32,000 nucleotides of DNA from Candidatus Nanopusillus sp. (GTDB lineage Archaea; Nanobdellota; Nanobdellia; Nanobdellales; Nanobdellaceae): NCBI GenBank assembly GCA_046533775.1, contig JAWDOO010000004.1, positions 1 through 32,000 of the forward strand. Reading direction: 5' to 3'. The number at the start of each line of letters is the position of its first letter. The first letter of the stretch is position 1. Made by a program: the position numbers and the translations under genes. Of the stretch, positions 6,879 through 16,800 are shown piece by piece. The notes under the pieces were generated by a model, which did not search any database, was not told where the DNA came from, and saw nothing but the letters and a program-made list of their open reading frames with translations.

Positions 6879-8879
6879 TTATACAGCCTTATATTTCTTA
6901 TCTCCAGATTCATATATATATCCTTCCTTTAATAATTTCTCAATTGTTTCTTTTACTTTTTCTTCTTCTAAATTATATTTCTTAGATTCATTTAATATTT
7001 CATTTAATGGAACACCATCTGGAAAGTCTTTTTGTAAATCCTTTATTATATCTAATACTTTTGATAGTTTTTGTCTTTGTGTAGAAGAAATTCCAGACAT
7101 TATTATATCTATATCTAATCTATTATTTTCTGGATTTATTCCAACTTCCTTCAAACTATATAATAATAATTCCTTTGCAAGATTTACATCATCTTCAGTA
7201 ACTACTGGAGATAACCTTATCTTTGCAGAAGCTTCAGCTATTCTTATTATTGACATAAGTTGTCTTGTAGTTATTGGTATTGTATCTTCTCCAGAACTAG
7301 ATCTTAACTTTATATAGAAATCCTTTACAATATCTAAAGCTGCATTTGTCCATTGTGGTTCAATTCTCTTTGCATATATTATATATTTTCTTAATAAATC
7401 TTTATCCAATGGTGGTTTTCTTTCCTCTTTTAAACCTTTTAATAGTTCATCAACAATCGTTTCATCCTGTTGTGGATTTGGTTCATCTACAAGAACAAAT
7501 ATTAAATCAAATCTATTAATTATTGTTGGTGGTAAATCTATTTGATCAACTATACTTTTCATCTTATCCCATCTACCAAATTTAGGATTTGCAGCTGCTA
7601 AAATTGATGTTTCTGTCCTAAGTGTTGCATGAATATTTGCTTTATCAATTGTTATTGTTTGCTGTTCCATCGCCTCATGTAAAGATTGTAATTCTTCTGT
7701 AGATAATTTATCAAGTTCATCGATACATACAAGTCCCCCAGATGTTAATACCAATGCTCCGGCTTCTAATACCCAACCACCTTTAAATATTTCATCCCTT
7801 CTAACAGAAGCAGTTAAACCTACAGATGATGATGTTATTCCAACTACATATTTTGATTTTGGAGCAATTTCTGATACATATCTTAATAATTTTGACTTTC
7901 CAACACCAGGATCTCCCAAAATTAATATATGTATATTTTTTCTTTCATCAACACTTTTCCTTCTCTTTCCACCAGATACCAATTGTAATGCAATTGCCTT
8001 TTTAATTATTTCATAATGTTTTCCATACAATCCTGGAGCAACAGAATTTGCAATCAAACTTAATACATCTGTAGAATTTGCCAATTCTCTTATTTTTCTC
8101 TCATCTTCTGCAGATATTGATATATCTTCAACATCTTTATCTACAGGTTCAATATAAATTGCATCTATATATAAATCCAATATTGCTTTAGAATTTGAAT
8201 TTTTTAATTCTTTTACAATCCCATATATTTTAACCCTTATTCCTGGCAATGTTTTCCTTTCCATTCTTGGTTCACATAGATCTTCCTTTAATATTACAGT
8301 AATTTGAGCAGGTTGTTCACCCTTCTCAATTTGATCCGCAGGTTCTTCAATTAATAACCTTTGTACATCTATTGTTTCATGATCTGTTTCAATAAATTTC
8401 CCCTTTGTACTACCACATACGGGACATTTCTTTGGTTTTTCTATTACAAAATTCTTATTTTCAACCCAAAATTCCCCTCCACAATCTTCATGTAAATACT
8501 TTGTTTTTATAATAAAAGGTCTTACTTCTGAAGATATTTTTATTATACCTTCAACCTGTATTAATTTATCTTTATGTTCAGATCTAATATCTCTTATCCT
8601 TAAATATCTTAAACTTTCTGGAAGATTTTTTATTCTTACCTTTACTTTTCTATCTAATCTTTCAGAAAAATATATACTCATTTGTTCTAAAAAATTTTCT
8701 GTATTATTTAATAAAAGATCTAACTGTTTATTATTTAAATATGATTTTATTTTCTCATAATCTAGTATAATAGATTTTTCTTCTTCCCTAATAAATTTTT
8801 CAATTTCTTCTTTTGAAGCATCAAAAATTTGTCCCAAAAATCCAGAATCCAAAATTTCAACCTCCTTAGTATTATCCAT
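6879..8879 (-). CDS. mcm: MCM replicative helicase
   Basis: 666 aa. Zinc motif CGGEF...CPVCGS, Walker A ILILGDPGVGKS, Walker B CIDELDK, arginine-finger region NRFDLIF, and a C-terminal winged helix. Confidence 0.97.
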   Translation of the reverse strand: MDNTKEVEILDSGFLGQIFDASKEEIEKFIREEEKSIILDYEKIKSYLNNKQLDLLLNNTENFLEQMSIYFSERLDRKVKVRIKNLPESLRYLRIRDIRSEHKDKLIQVEGIIKISSEVRPFIIKTKYLHEDCGGEFWVENKNFVIEKPKKCPVCGSTKGKFIETDHETIDVQRLLIEEPADQIEKGEQPAQITVILKEDLCEPRMERKTLPGIRVKIYGIVKELKNSNSKAILDLYIDAIYIEPVDKDVEDISISAEDERKIRELANSTDVLSLIANSVAPGLYGKHYEIIKKAIALQLVSGGKRRKSVDERKNIHILILGDPGVGKSKLLRYVSEIAPKSKYVVGITSSSVGLTASVRRDEIFKGGWVLEAGALVLTSGGLVCIDELDKLSTEELQSLHEAMEQQTITIDKANIHATLRTETSILAAANPKFGRWDKMKSIVDQIDLPPTIINRFDLIFVLVDEPNPQQDETIVDELLKGLKEERKPPLDKDLLRKYIIYAKRIEPQWTNAALDIVKDFYIKLRSSSGEDTIPITTRQLMSIIRIAEASAKIRLSPVVTEDDVNLAKELLLYSLKEVGINPENNRLDIDIIMSGISSTQRQKLSKVLDIIKDLQKDFPDGVPLNEILNESKKYNLEEEKVKETIEKLLKEGYIYESGDKKYKAV

Positions 8880-8947
8880 ATATTTTATATTACAAAAAAT
8901 GCATATAAGAAAAAATATAAAAAAATAATAAGTGAAAATATGTATAA

Positions 8948-9037
8948 GGGCCCGTAGCTCAGAGGTGGAGCGCCGGCCTTATAAGGCTACGCTCCTAAGA
9001 AAGCCGGAGGTCAGGGGTTCGAGTCCCCTCGGGCCCA
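8948..9037 (+). tRNA. tRNA-Ile (anticodon UAU) with an 18-nt intron at the canonical 37/38 position
   Basis: Folded by hand: acceptor GGGCCCG/CGGGCCC, D stem GCTC/GAGC, anticodon stem CCGGC/GCCGG, loop C-T-T-A-T-A-[intron]-A, variable AGGTC, T arm AGGGG-TTCGAGT-CCCCT, discriminator A. Confidence 0.85.
8984..9001 (+). other. tRNA intron (boundaries +/-1 nt because of flanking A runs)
   Basis: CTTA (8978-8981) can pair with TAAG (8996-8999). That 4-bp helix is flanked by 3-nt bulges TAA (8982-8984) and AAA (9000-9002), which is bulge-helix-bulge geometry. Confidence 0.7.
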
Positions 9038-9267
9038 TTAATAGTTTAATTGAAAGGTTTTTCATTCTATATATAAATAAATAAAATAAATACAAAAAGA
9101 ATTTTTATTTAATACCATACTTTATCTTATTAATAAGACTTACTAATGTCATGCATCCAGTAATTTATTCAATGGATAAGACTTCCTGAATGATGCTTAC
9201 TTGAGAGAGATAACTACATAAAAAATACTCCGAAAAAAATAAATATTTAATTTTTTAACAATTAACT

Positions 9268-10704
9268 ATGAATTCAAATAACTTAGCTTTGTTGGTTGTC
9301 GTTTTGGGAACTTTAATGTCAGCTGTAGATACAACTATTGTAATTTTAGCAATTCCATCTATTGTTCAAGATTTGCATACTAACCTTTATGTAATTATTT
9401 GGGTTATTATACTTTACCTTCTAGTTATAGCAGTCTTTACAACTCAGTTAGGTAGATTAGGTGATATTTACGGTAGATCCCGCTTTTATAATTTGGGATT
9501 TGCAATATTTACAATAGGTTCAATACTCTGTGGAGTATCTCCCAATGCAATTTCTTTAGTAGCATTTAGGGGAGTTCAAGGGTTAGGAGCTGCGATGATG
9601 CAAGCTAATTCTGGAGCTATAATTGCTGATATATTTCCCCCAAATCAAAGGGGTAAAGCCTATGGATATAATTCAATAGGTTGGAATGCTGGAGCTACTT
9701 TAGGAATAGTTTTAGGAGGTTTTATAACAACTTTCCTGGGCTGGAGATATATATTTTATATTAATGTTCCAATAGGAATCATTGCTATAATATTAGGATT
9801 AAGATATATAAAAGATCTGGAAAGAAGAAATAATAAACTAGATATTATAGGTATGCTAAGTTTATTGGCTTCACTATCATTAATATCTTATGGAGCCACC
9901 GATATTGCAGGAGAAGGTGTGAGTTTATTAAATATTTCCTTAATCTCTGCCGGTTTAATTATATTATTGGGATTTATATTGGTTGAAAGGAGACAGCAAT
10001 TTCCTATAATAGATCTGAAAGTTTTTAAAGCTAATAGAGTATTTACATATTCTCTATTCGCATCATTTCTTCAAACAACAGGTTATTTAGCCACAGCATT
10101 CATTATAATAATGTATCTTCAAGGAATTAGGGGTTTATCACCTTTCAACGCATCCTTATTATTAGTTCCAGGTTACGTTTTAGCCAGCTTAGTTTCACCA
10201 TTTACCGGAAGATTATCGGATAAAATAGGTGCCAGAATACCTGCTACAATTGGATTGGCTTTAATGATGTTAGCTATTTTCATATATTTACACCTTTCAA
10301 TCAATACTCCTTTATATATTATTATAATTGCTTCAACAATAGGTGGTTTAGGTTCTTCTCTATTCTTCCCAGCTAATAATAGCGCTATAATGGCCAATGC
10401 ACCCAGAGGATTTTATGGTGGTGCTTCTGGCTTATCCAGAACTTTATCAAATATAGGGACTCTTTTAAGTTACGTTATAGCAATAAGTGTATCTTCTATG
10501 ACTGTTCCTAGATATGTTGCATTTGAAGTGTTCCTGGGAACTACAAATTTAATAGGTGGTGTAGCCAGTTCTTTCTTAACGGGTTTAAAATCATCTCTTT
10601 ACGTATCGTTAGGAATATTATCTATTGCACTAGTTTTATCTGCATTAAGAGGTAAGGAAGCTAGATCTCGGTTTGTACAGGTAGATCAAAGTCATAGTCA
10701 ATAA
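9268..10704 (+). CDS. MFS transporter, DHA2/EmrB-like drug:H+ antiporter type (about 14 TM segments)
   Basis: 478 aa. MFS signatures [12 protein letters not shown] and [11 protein letters not shown], plus a long run of hydrophobic segments. It is visibly more GC-rich than neighbouring genes. Confidence 0.85.
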   Translation: MNSNNLALLVVVLGTLMSAVDTTIVILAIPSIVQDLHTNLYVIIWVIILYLLVIAVFTTQLGRLGDIYGRSRFYNLGFAIFTIGSILCGVSPNAISLVAFRGVQGLGAAMMQANSGAIIADIFPPNQRGKAYGYNSIGWNAGATLGIVLGGFITTFLGWRYIFYINVPIGIIAIILGLRYIKDLERRNNKLDIIGMLSLLASLSLISYGATDIAGEGVSLLNISLISAGLIILLGFILVERRQQFPIIDLKVFKANRVFTYSLFASFLQTTGYLATAFIIIMYLQGIRGLSPFNASLLLVPGYVLASLVSPFTGRLSDKIGARIPATIGLALMMLAIFIYLHLSINTPLYIIIIASTIGGLGSSLFFPANNSAIMANAPRGFYGGASGLSRTLSNIGTLLSYVIAISVSSMTVPRYVAFEVFLGTTNLIGGVASSFLTGLKSSLYVSLGILSIALVLSALRGKEARSRFVQVDQSHSQ

Positions 10705-11325
10705 ACTTTTATCAACTTTTTAGTTATCATTGAATCTATTAGTAGTCATTATGGCATAACCTTAGGTTCTGCTATAAGCGGTAATGAAATATTGTTCACA
10801 TTAGAGATTGTAAAATCTAAAATGAATTATAACTTAATAGCTTTTAGAAATATTGTATATTAATAGTCTCATAAAGTTCTTATTCATTTTGACATATTCC
10901 ACACCAGGTATAATATATGATGTGTTAAGGCCCTATGAATTTTTGTCTATAAATTACGCCCTCCTTCGGTTCCCATATGCTCACCAGTTTCTTCAGGAAC
11001 CTCAACATATCTTATTAGAAACAAAATATTTAAATCTTAAATTTTTACTTTAGGAAAGCCTTCCTCACATTCCCATATTGATACATAGATCTCATGTTTG
11101 CCGTTGATGTTAAGAATTCCTTCACGTTCATTTTACCGTTTATCCTGTTGAGTTTGATCCTTCATTGTTATCTTTGATCATTTCTATATCATTTTTCGAG
11201 AAAAGAACATCATAATTATAATAAGGTTTAAAAGAAGAAAAACATTTTTATTAGAAAGAGCGGATCTGACAAAAGTCAGGAAATATAACAATAGAATTAA
11301 TCTAAATTAAAATAAAATTAAAAAA

Positions 11326-12657
11326 TTACTTAATTTGTATTTGCTTTTCTTTTACACTTAATACCTGTCCAATTCCAATTGTTTTATTCATATCTCTAAT
11401 TGCAAATCTTCCCAAAGATGTGTTTGGAAAATCTTCAAATTTCTCTACTACTAATGGTTTTGTTGGTACAAACTTTACAATTGCTGCATCTCCAGTCTTT
11501 AAGAATTGTGGATTCTTTTCAACTTCTTGTCCAGTTCTTGGATCTATTTTTGATTGTATTTCTGCAATTTTACATGATACTGCTGCAGTATGTATATGTA
11601 TTACTGGTGTATATCCTACAGCAATTGCAGATGGGTGATATAGTACATATATTCTTGCAGTAAATTCTTCTGCTAATTTTGGTAATGGTTCTCCCAATTT
11701 TCCACATACATCACCCCTTAATATATCACCGCTTTCTGGTCCTTTAACATTAAATCCAATATTATCTCCTGGTAATGCTTCATCCAATTTTTCATGATGC
11801 ATTTCTATAGATTTTACTTCACCTACAACACCATTTGGTTTCTTTGATGGTAAGAATATTACTTTATCACCCGGTTTTAATTTTCCAGATTCTACCTTTC
11901 CAGTTGGTACAAGTCCTACACCTTTAATATTATATACATCACCAATTGGTATTCTTAATGGTTTATCTACCAATCTTGGAGGTTCATCCAATAGATCAAA
12001 TGCTTCATATATTGTTGGACCATTGTACCATGGCATTTTTTGTGATTTTTGTGTTACATTTTCATCTGATGTAAATGCAGCAATTGGAACAACTGCTTTT
12101 ATTTGCTTTTCAGTATAACCAACTTGTTTTGCCAATGTTAATACCATATTCTTTACCTGTTCATATCTCTTTTGATCGTAATTTACAGCATCCATCTTTG
12201 ATATTGCAATAATAATTTGTGGAATTCCTAATGTTCTTAATAATAATAAATGCTCTCTTCCCTGTCCTTCTGGACCCAATGCTGTTTCTGCTTCACCAGG
12301 TGCTGCAGAAACTACTAATATTGCAGCATCCGCTTGTGCAGTACCGCTAATCATATTCTTTATAAAGTCTCTATGACCTGGAGCATCTAATATTGTTAAT
12401 ACATATTTTTTTGCTGGTATTTTAATTGCAGCTACATCAATTGTTAATCCTCTCTTTCTTTCTTCTATTGATTTATCTAATAAGAATGCTAAATAGTCTG
12501 TTTCTTTTCCAAATTCCTTTGCTATATTCTTTAATTCTTCTAACGTTTTCTGATCTATTAAATTCAAAGATACCATTAGCCTTCCTACTAATGTTGATTT
12601 TCCATTATCTACATGCCCTACTACTACTAAATTAATATGTGGTTTTTCTCTTGCCAT
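11326..12657 (-). CDS. tuf: Translation elongation factor EF-1 alpha
   Basis: 443 aa. GTPase motifs GHVDNGKST, DAPGH and SKMD, with full-length EF-1alpha-like sequence. Confidence 0.98.
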   Translation of the reverse strand: MAREKPHINLVVVGHVDNGKSTLVGRLMVSLNLIDQKTLEELKNIAKEFGKETDYLAFLLDKSIEERKRGLTIDVAAIKIPAKKYVLTILDAPGHRDFIKNMISGTAQADAAILVVSAAPGEAETALGPEGQGREHLLLLRTLGIPQIIIAISKMDAVNYDQKRYEQVKNMVLTLAKQVGYTEKQIKAVVPIAAFTSDENVTQKSQKMPWYNGPTIYEAFDLLDEPPRLVDKPLRIPIGDVYNIKGVGLVPTGKVESGKLKPGDKVIFLPSKKPNGVVGEVKSIEMHHEKLDEALPGDNIGFNVKGPESGDILRGDVCGKLGEPLPKLAEEFTARIYVLYHPSAIAVGYTPVIHIHTAAVSCKIAEIQSKIDPRTGQEVEKNPQFLKTGDAAIVKFVPTKPLVVEKFEDFPNTSLGRFAIRDMNKTIGIGQVLSVKEKQIQIK

Positions 12658-12692
12658 TTAAGATTATATTTATAAAAAAATTTATATATAAT

Positions 12693-13610
12693 TCAGCCAG
12701 ATACTAAAGGTTGCAATATATTATTAAAGAAACTATATGGCAAAGCCCCTGCAAACTCAAACATTATATAATTATAATCTGGTGTTGTATATACTGAAGG
12801 ACTTAATCCATATTGTTTTAATTGATTCAATACATTATTAACTTGCTGTATTGTTTGGAATGTAATTGATGATGTCTTTACAGCTATTATAAATGTTGGA
12901 GTTCCCTCAATTCCATATTCACTTTCATCATAATTTTCCTGATTATATATTTGAGAATAATACTCTGAACTATTTACACATGAATCTATTTCACTAACAT
13001 TTAATCCCAAAGCCTGAGCTTCATTATTAAATACATTATATACATCTTGCTGACTTGAGAAAGTATCCCATGATATATTTTGCATTTGATTATACCAGCT
13101 CCAATTTGCAAATTCTTCCCATGTATTAAATCCATATAATTCATATAAACATGTTAAATATTGCGATGATATATTTGCATAAGGATGTATTTGATATAAT
13201 GGGAAAACAACATATACCCATGATATCTTTCCATTATTTATATAATTTTGTAAAATTTGTGGAAATGTTTGTAAATAAAATAGATCACAATATGGACATG
13301 CATAATCTGAGAATTCATATACAATAACATTTGTACTATTTGGATTTCCATATACCGGATCTATATTTGTAATATTTGGCAATGGAGCCTGTGGTAGTGT
13401 TTGTAAATATGCTTGTAATTCATTTGAAGAATTACTAGGTGATCCATATATTTTTATATTTGATATTGAATTTGCTATAATACAAGATCCTAAAATTACT
13501 GATATTGCTAATATTATAAATCCTATTATTATTGATTTCTCTAAACTAAGATTAAATTTCCATTCTTCCTTTTTATTATTTTCTTTAGTTTTTTCTTTTT
13601 CATTTTCCAT
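12693..13610 (-). CDS. Membrane-anchored DsbA-like thiol:disulfide oxidoreductase
   Basis: 305 aa. N-terminal TM helix (IIIGFIILAISVILGSCIIA), thioredoxin active site CPYC in FSDYACPYCDLFY, and cis-Pro loop GTPTFII. It carries many N-x-S/T sequons. Confidence 0.75.
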   Translation of the reverse strand: MENEKEKTKENNKKEEWKFNLSLEKSIIIGFIILAISVILGSCIIANSISNIKIYGSPSNSSNELQAYLQTLPQAPLPNITNIDPVYGNPNSTNVIVYEFSDYACPYCDLFYLQTFPQILQNYINNGKISWVYVVFPLYQIHPYANISSQYLTCLYELYGFNTWEEFANWSWYNQMQNISWDTFSSQQDVYNVFNNEAQALGLNVSEIDSCVNSSEYYSQIYNQENYDESEYGIEGTPTFIIAVKTSSITFQTIQQVNNVLNQLKQYGLSPSVYTTPDYNYIMFEFAGALPYSFFNNILQPLVSG

Positions 13611-13863
13611 TCAAAATATTTTAATAAAAGATTTTTATTTATTTAGATTCATTACTTTCAAGTAAATAAAATATCCCCATTATAAATGGTATTATTGATA
13701 GAGTTTTTGAATATGTTAAAAGATAAGTTAGAATTACTAACAAAATTATTATCCCAAATACTATCATATTTATTCTATTTATTTTTATCATAATTATTAT
13801 TATAAGAAAACATCTTATATACTTTATTTTAAATATATAAATTTATGGTAGAATATCGGATCT

Positions 13864-16800
13864 ATGAACATGAATTGGAATAGAAATATAGAAGAAGAGA
13901 TAAAAAAATTCTGGAAAGAAAATTATATATATGAAAAATGGATTTTAAAGAATGAGAAAAATAAAAGATATATATTTTTAGAAGGTCCACCATATACAAC
14001 AGGTTCTCCACATATGGGACATGCGTATAATAGAACAATTAAAGATATTATATTAAGATATTATCAAAAGAAGGGATTTAATGTATGGAATCAGGCTGGT
14101 TTTGATATGCATGGATTACCAATTGAAGTAAAGGTTGAGGAAAATATGAAGATTAGAGATAAAAGGGAAATAGAAAAAATTGGTGTTGATAAATTTATTA
14201 AAGAATGTTTTAATTTTGCATATGGATCGATGAATGAATTTACAAAATTCTATGAAGATATGGCACATTGGCAAGATATAGATAACCCATATTTACCAAT
14301 TAAAAATGAATTTATTGAAAGGGTATGGGAAGCTTTGACAAAGGGTTATGAAAATAAATTAATATATAAGGAAAAGAAACCTGTTTGGTGGTGTCCCCAT
14401 TGTCAAACATCATTATCAAAACAAGAAATAGATTTGGGATATGAAGATCCTCTATATAAAAAAGAAATATCAAATTCAATTTATGTAAAACTTAAATCAA
14501 AAGATATGGAAAATACATATTATATAATTTGGACAACAACTCCATGGACATTAGTATATAATTTAGGTATTATGGTAAATCCTGAAATAAAATATGTAAA
14601 AATAAAAGTTCCAAAGATTTATGTTGAAGAATTAGAATTAGATTATAATAATCATAAAATTATAAAAATGAATATTAAGAAAGAAAATAATTATGAATAT
14701 TGGATTATTGCAAAAGATGCATTAGAAAAATTAATGAGTAAATTAAATATTGAATATGAAATAATAGATGAATTTTATGGAAAAGACTTAGAATTTAAAG
14801 AATATGAACCTTTATTCTATGATGAATTAAGAGATTATATAGAAAAATTTAAATCTGAAAGCAGTGGTGTATTCAGGATTTGGTTATCAAAAGAATATGT
14901 AAATACACAGGAAGGTACTGGTTTAGTTCATTCAGCTCCAGGTTGTGGTTTTGAAGATTATGAAGTTGCTAAGAAATATAATGTCCTTCCATTTAATACA
15001 ACAGATGAGACAGGAACCATTTTAGATATAAAATATTTTGAAGGATTGATTGCAAAGAAAGATGACTATAAATTTATATTAGAAGTATTAAAGAAAAAAG
15101 CTTTAATATATTTTGAATGGTATGAACATGATTATCCAATATGCTGGAGATGTAGAAATAGAGTAATTGTTAGATCTCCAGAACAAATATTCATTAATGT
15201 ATCTTCAATGAAATCAAAAGTATTATTAGATATTGAAAATATTAATTTTATACCAGACGCTGCAAAAAATGCTTTTATAAATACTGTAAAATCTGCACCT
15301 GATTGGGTAATATCTAGACAAAGATACTGGGGAATACCAATACCAATGTGGGTTGATAAAAATGGACATGTAAAATTTGTTAGAAATGTTAAAGAATTGG
15401 AAAAATTGACTGGATATAAATTTAAGGAAATAATAATAGTAGTAAAATTTACAAATTATACTGAAAAATTATTATCAAGATATTTCAAAGAAAATAAAAT
15501 ATATTATGAAGATGAAATAAATGATATAAATAAACTATATGATGTATTTAATAAATATGAAGATAAATCTATAATAATTGTAAATAATTTTAAATATGAT
15601 ATATTAAATCAAATAAATGATCTATATTATGTAAGAACATATGGATCAAGGGATTATGATATAATATATCTATATAATTATAATTTACATAGACCATATG
15701 TAGATAAATTTACATTCAAATGTGAAAAATGTGGAGAAGAAATGAGAAGAATTCCAGATATATTAGATGTATGGGTAGATTCTGGTTCAGCAACAGTAGC
15801 AACAAATACATATCCTGTAGATTTTATAACAGAAAATTATGACCAAATTAAAGGATGGTTTTATTCTTTAGCAATGATAGGTGAATTATATTATAATGAT
15901 ATACCATATAAAAATGTGTATGTTGGTGGATATGTTTTAGATATATATGGAAGGAAAATGTCAAAATCTTTAGGAAATGTTGTTTCTCCATATGATATAA
16001 TTAATAAATATGGAGCAGATACAATGAGATTATATTTAGGATCTATTGTAGAGGCATATGAAGATATAAAATTAAAATGGGAAGATATAAAAGTTAAATA
16101 TCAAGTATTAAATACATTATTAAACATTTCAACATATTTAGAAGAATATTCCAAATATTATAATATAAATCCTGCAAAAATAAATGTAGAAAATTTGAGA
16201 TGGGAAGATAGATATATGTTACATTTCATAGAAAAAAGTAAAAAAGAAATATATAATGCATTAGATAACTATTTAATATGGAAGGCAGGAAGAATATTAC
16301 AAGATATGATATTAGAATTATCAAGATTCTATATAAAAGCTACAAGAGAAAGAATAAAAAGAGAACCTGATAAAGTATTATTTGTAATATATAAATCATT
16401 ATATAATATAATAAATGTTGGATCTATTATAATTCCATTTATATCAGAATATATTTATCAAAAATTAAGAAATTTATATGGATTAAATGAAGAATCAATA
16501 ATTTTAGAAGACTTACCAAAAGTTGAAGAACAATATATAGATGAAAAAATAGAGAAAGAATATGAATTATTTAATATAATTGTTGAAAATGCATTAAAAT
16601 TAAGAAATATGTTAAATATAAATATAAGAAAACCATTAAAAACATTATATTTATATAAAGATGATGGGGGTATTTTATTTGAAATAATAAATAATAATGA
16701 TATTGTAGAATTATTAAAAGATTATTTAAATGTAAAAGAAATAAAGATTGATAATTTAGAAAAGGATTATGTAACTGCACAAACTGATTATGGAATTATA

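Noticed and set aside
6879-8879. An intein or a split in MCM.
   Set aside because: The 666-aa length is normal, and the Walker A, Walker B and arginine-finger motifs are contiguous with ordinary spacing. There are no intein splice-junction blocks.
10173-10397. 74-aa ORF on the minus strand.
   Set aside because: It is embedded antisense in the MFS transporter gene and has no independent support.
10853-11053. 66-aa ORF in the post-MFS gap.
   Set aside because: I recognise no motifs, and it sits in a region where every frame is fragmentary. I treat it as part of the decayed segment rather than a gene.
9038-11325. A direct repeat of the tRNA-Ile 3' end (att-type duplication), or an integrase gene, bounding the higher-GC segment.
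   Set aside because: I found no copy of GGTTCGAGTCCCCTCGGGCCCA or a substantial part of it downstream, and no integrase-like frame. A classic integrated element is therefore not demonstrated, only a compositional anomaly.
11400-12635. ORFs 11400..11663, 11420..11638 and 12426..12635 (+).
   Set aside because: All three are antisense to EF-1alpha, whose identity is unambiguous.
13639-13791. 50-aa hydrophobic ORF (MIKINRINMIVFGIIILLVILTYLLTYSKTLSIIPFIMGIFYLLESNESK) in the divergent gap between the DsbA-like gene and ileS.
   Set aside because: I/L/F/Y-rich membrane-like micro-ORFs arise readily by chance at this base composition, and I recognise no motif. It is kept only as a note and would need conservation or ribosome-profiling evidence.
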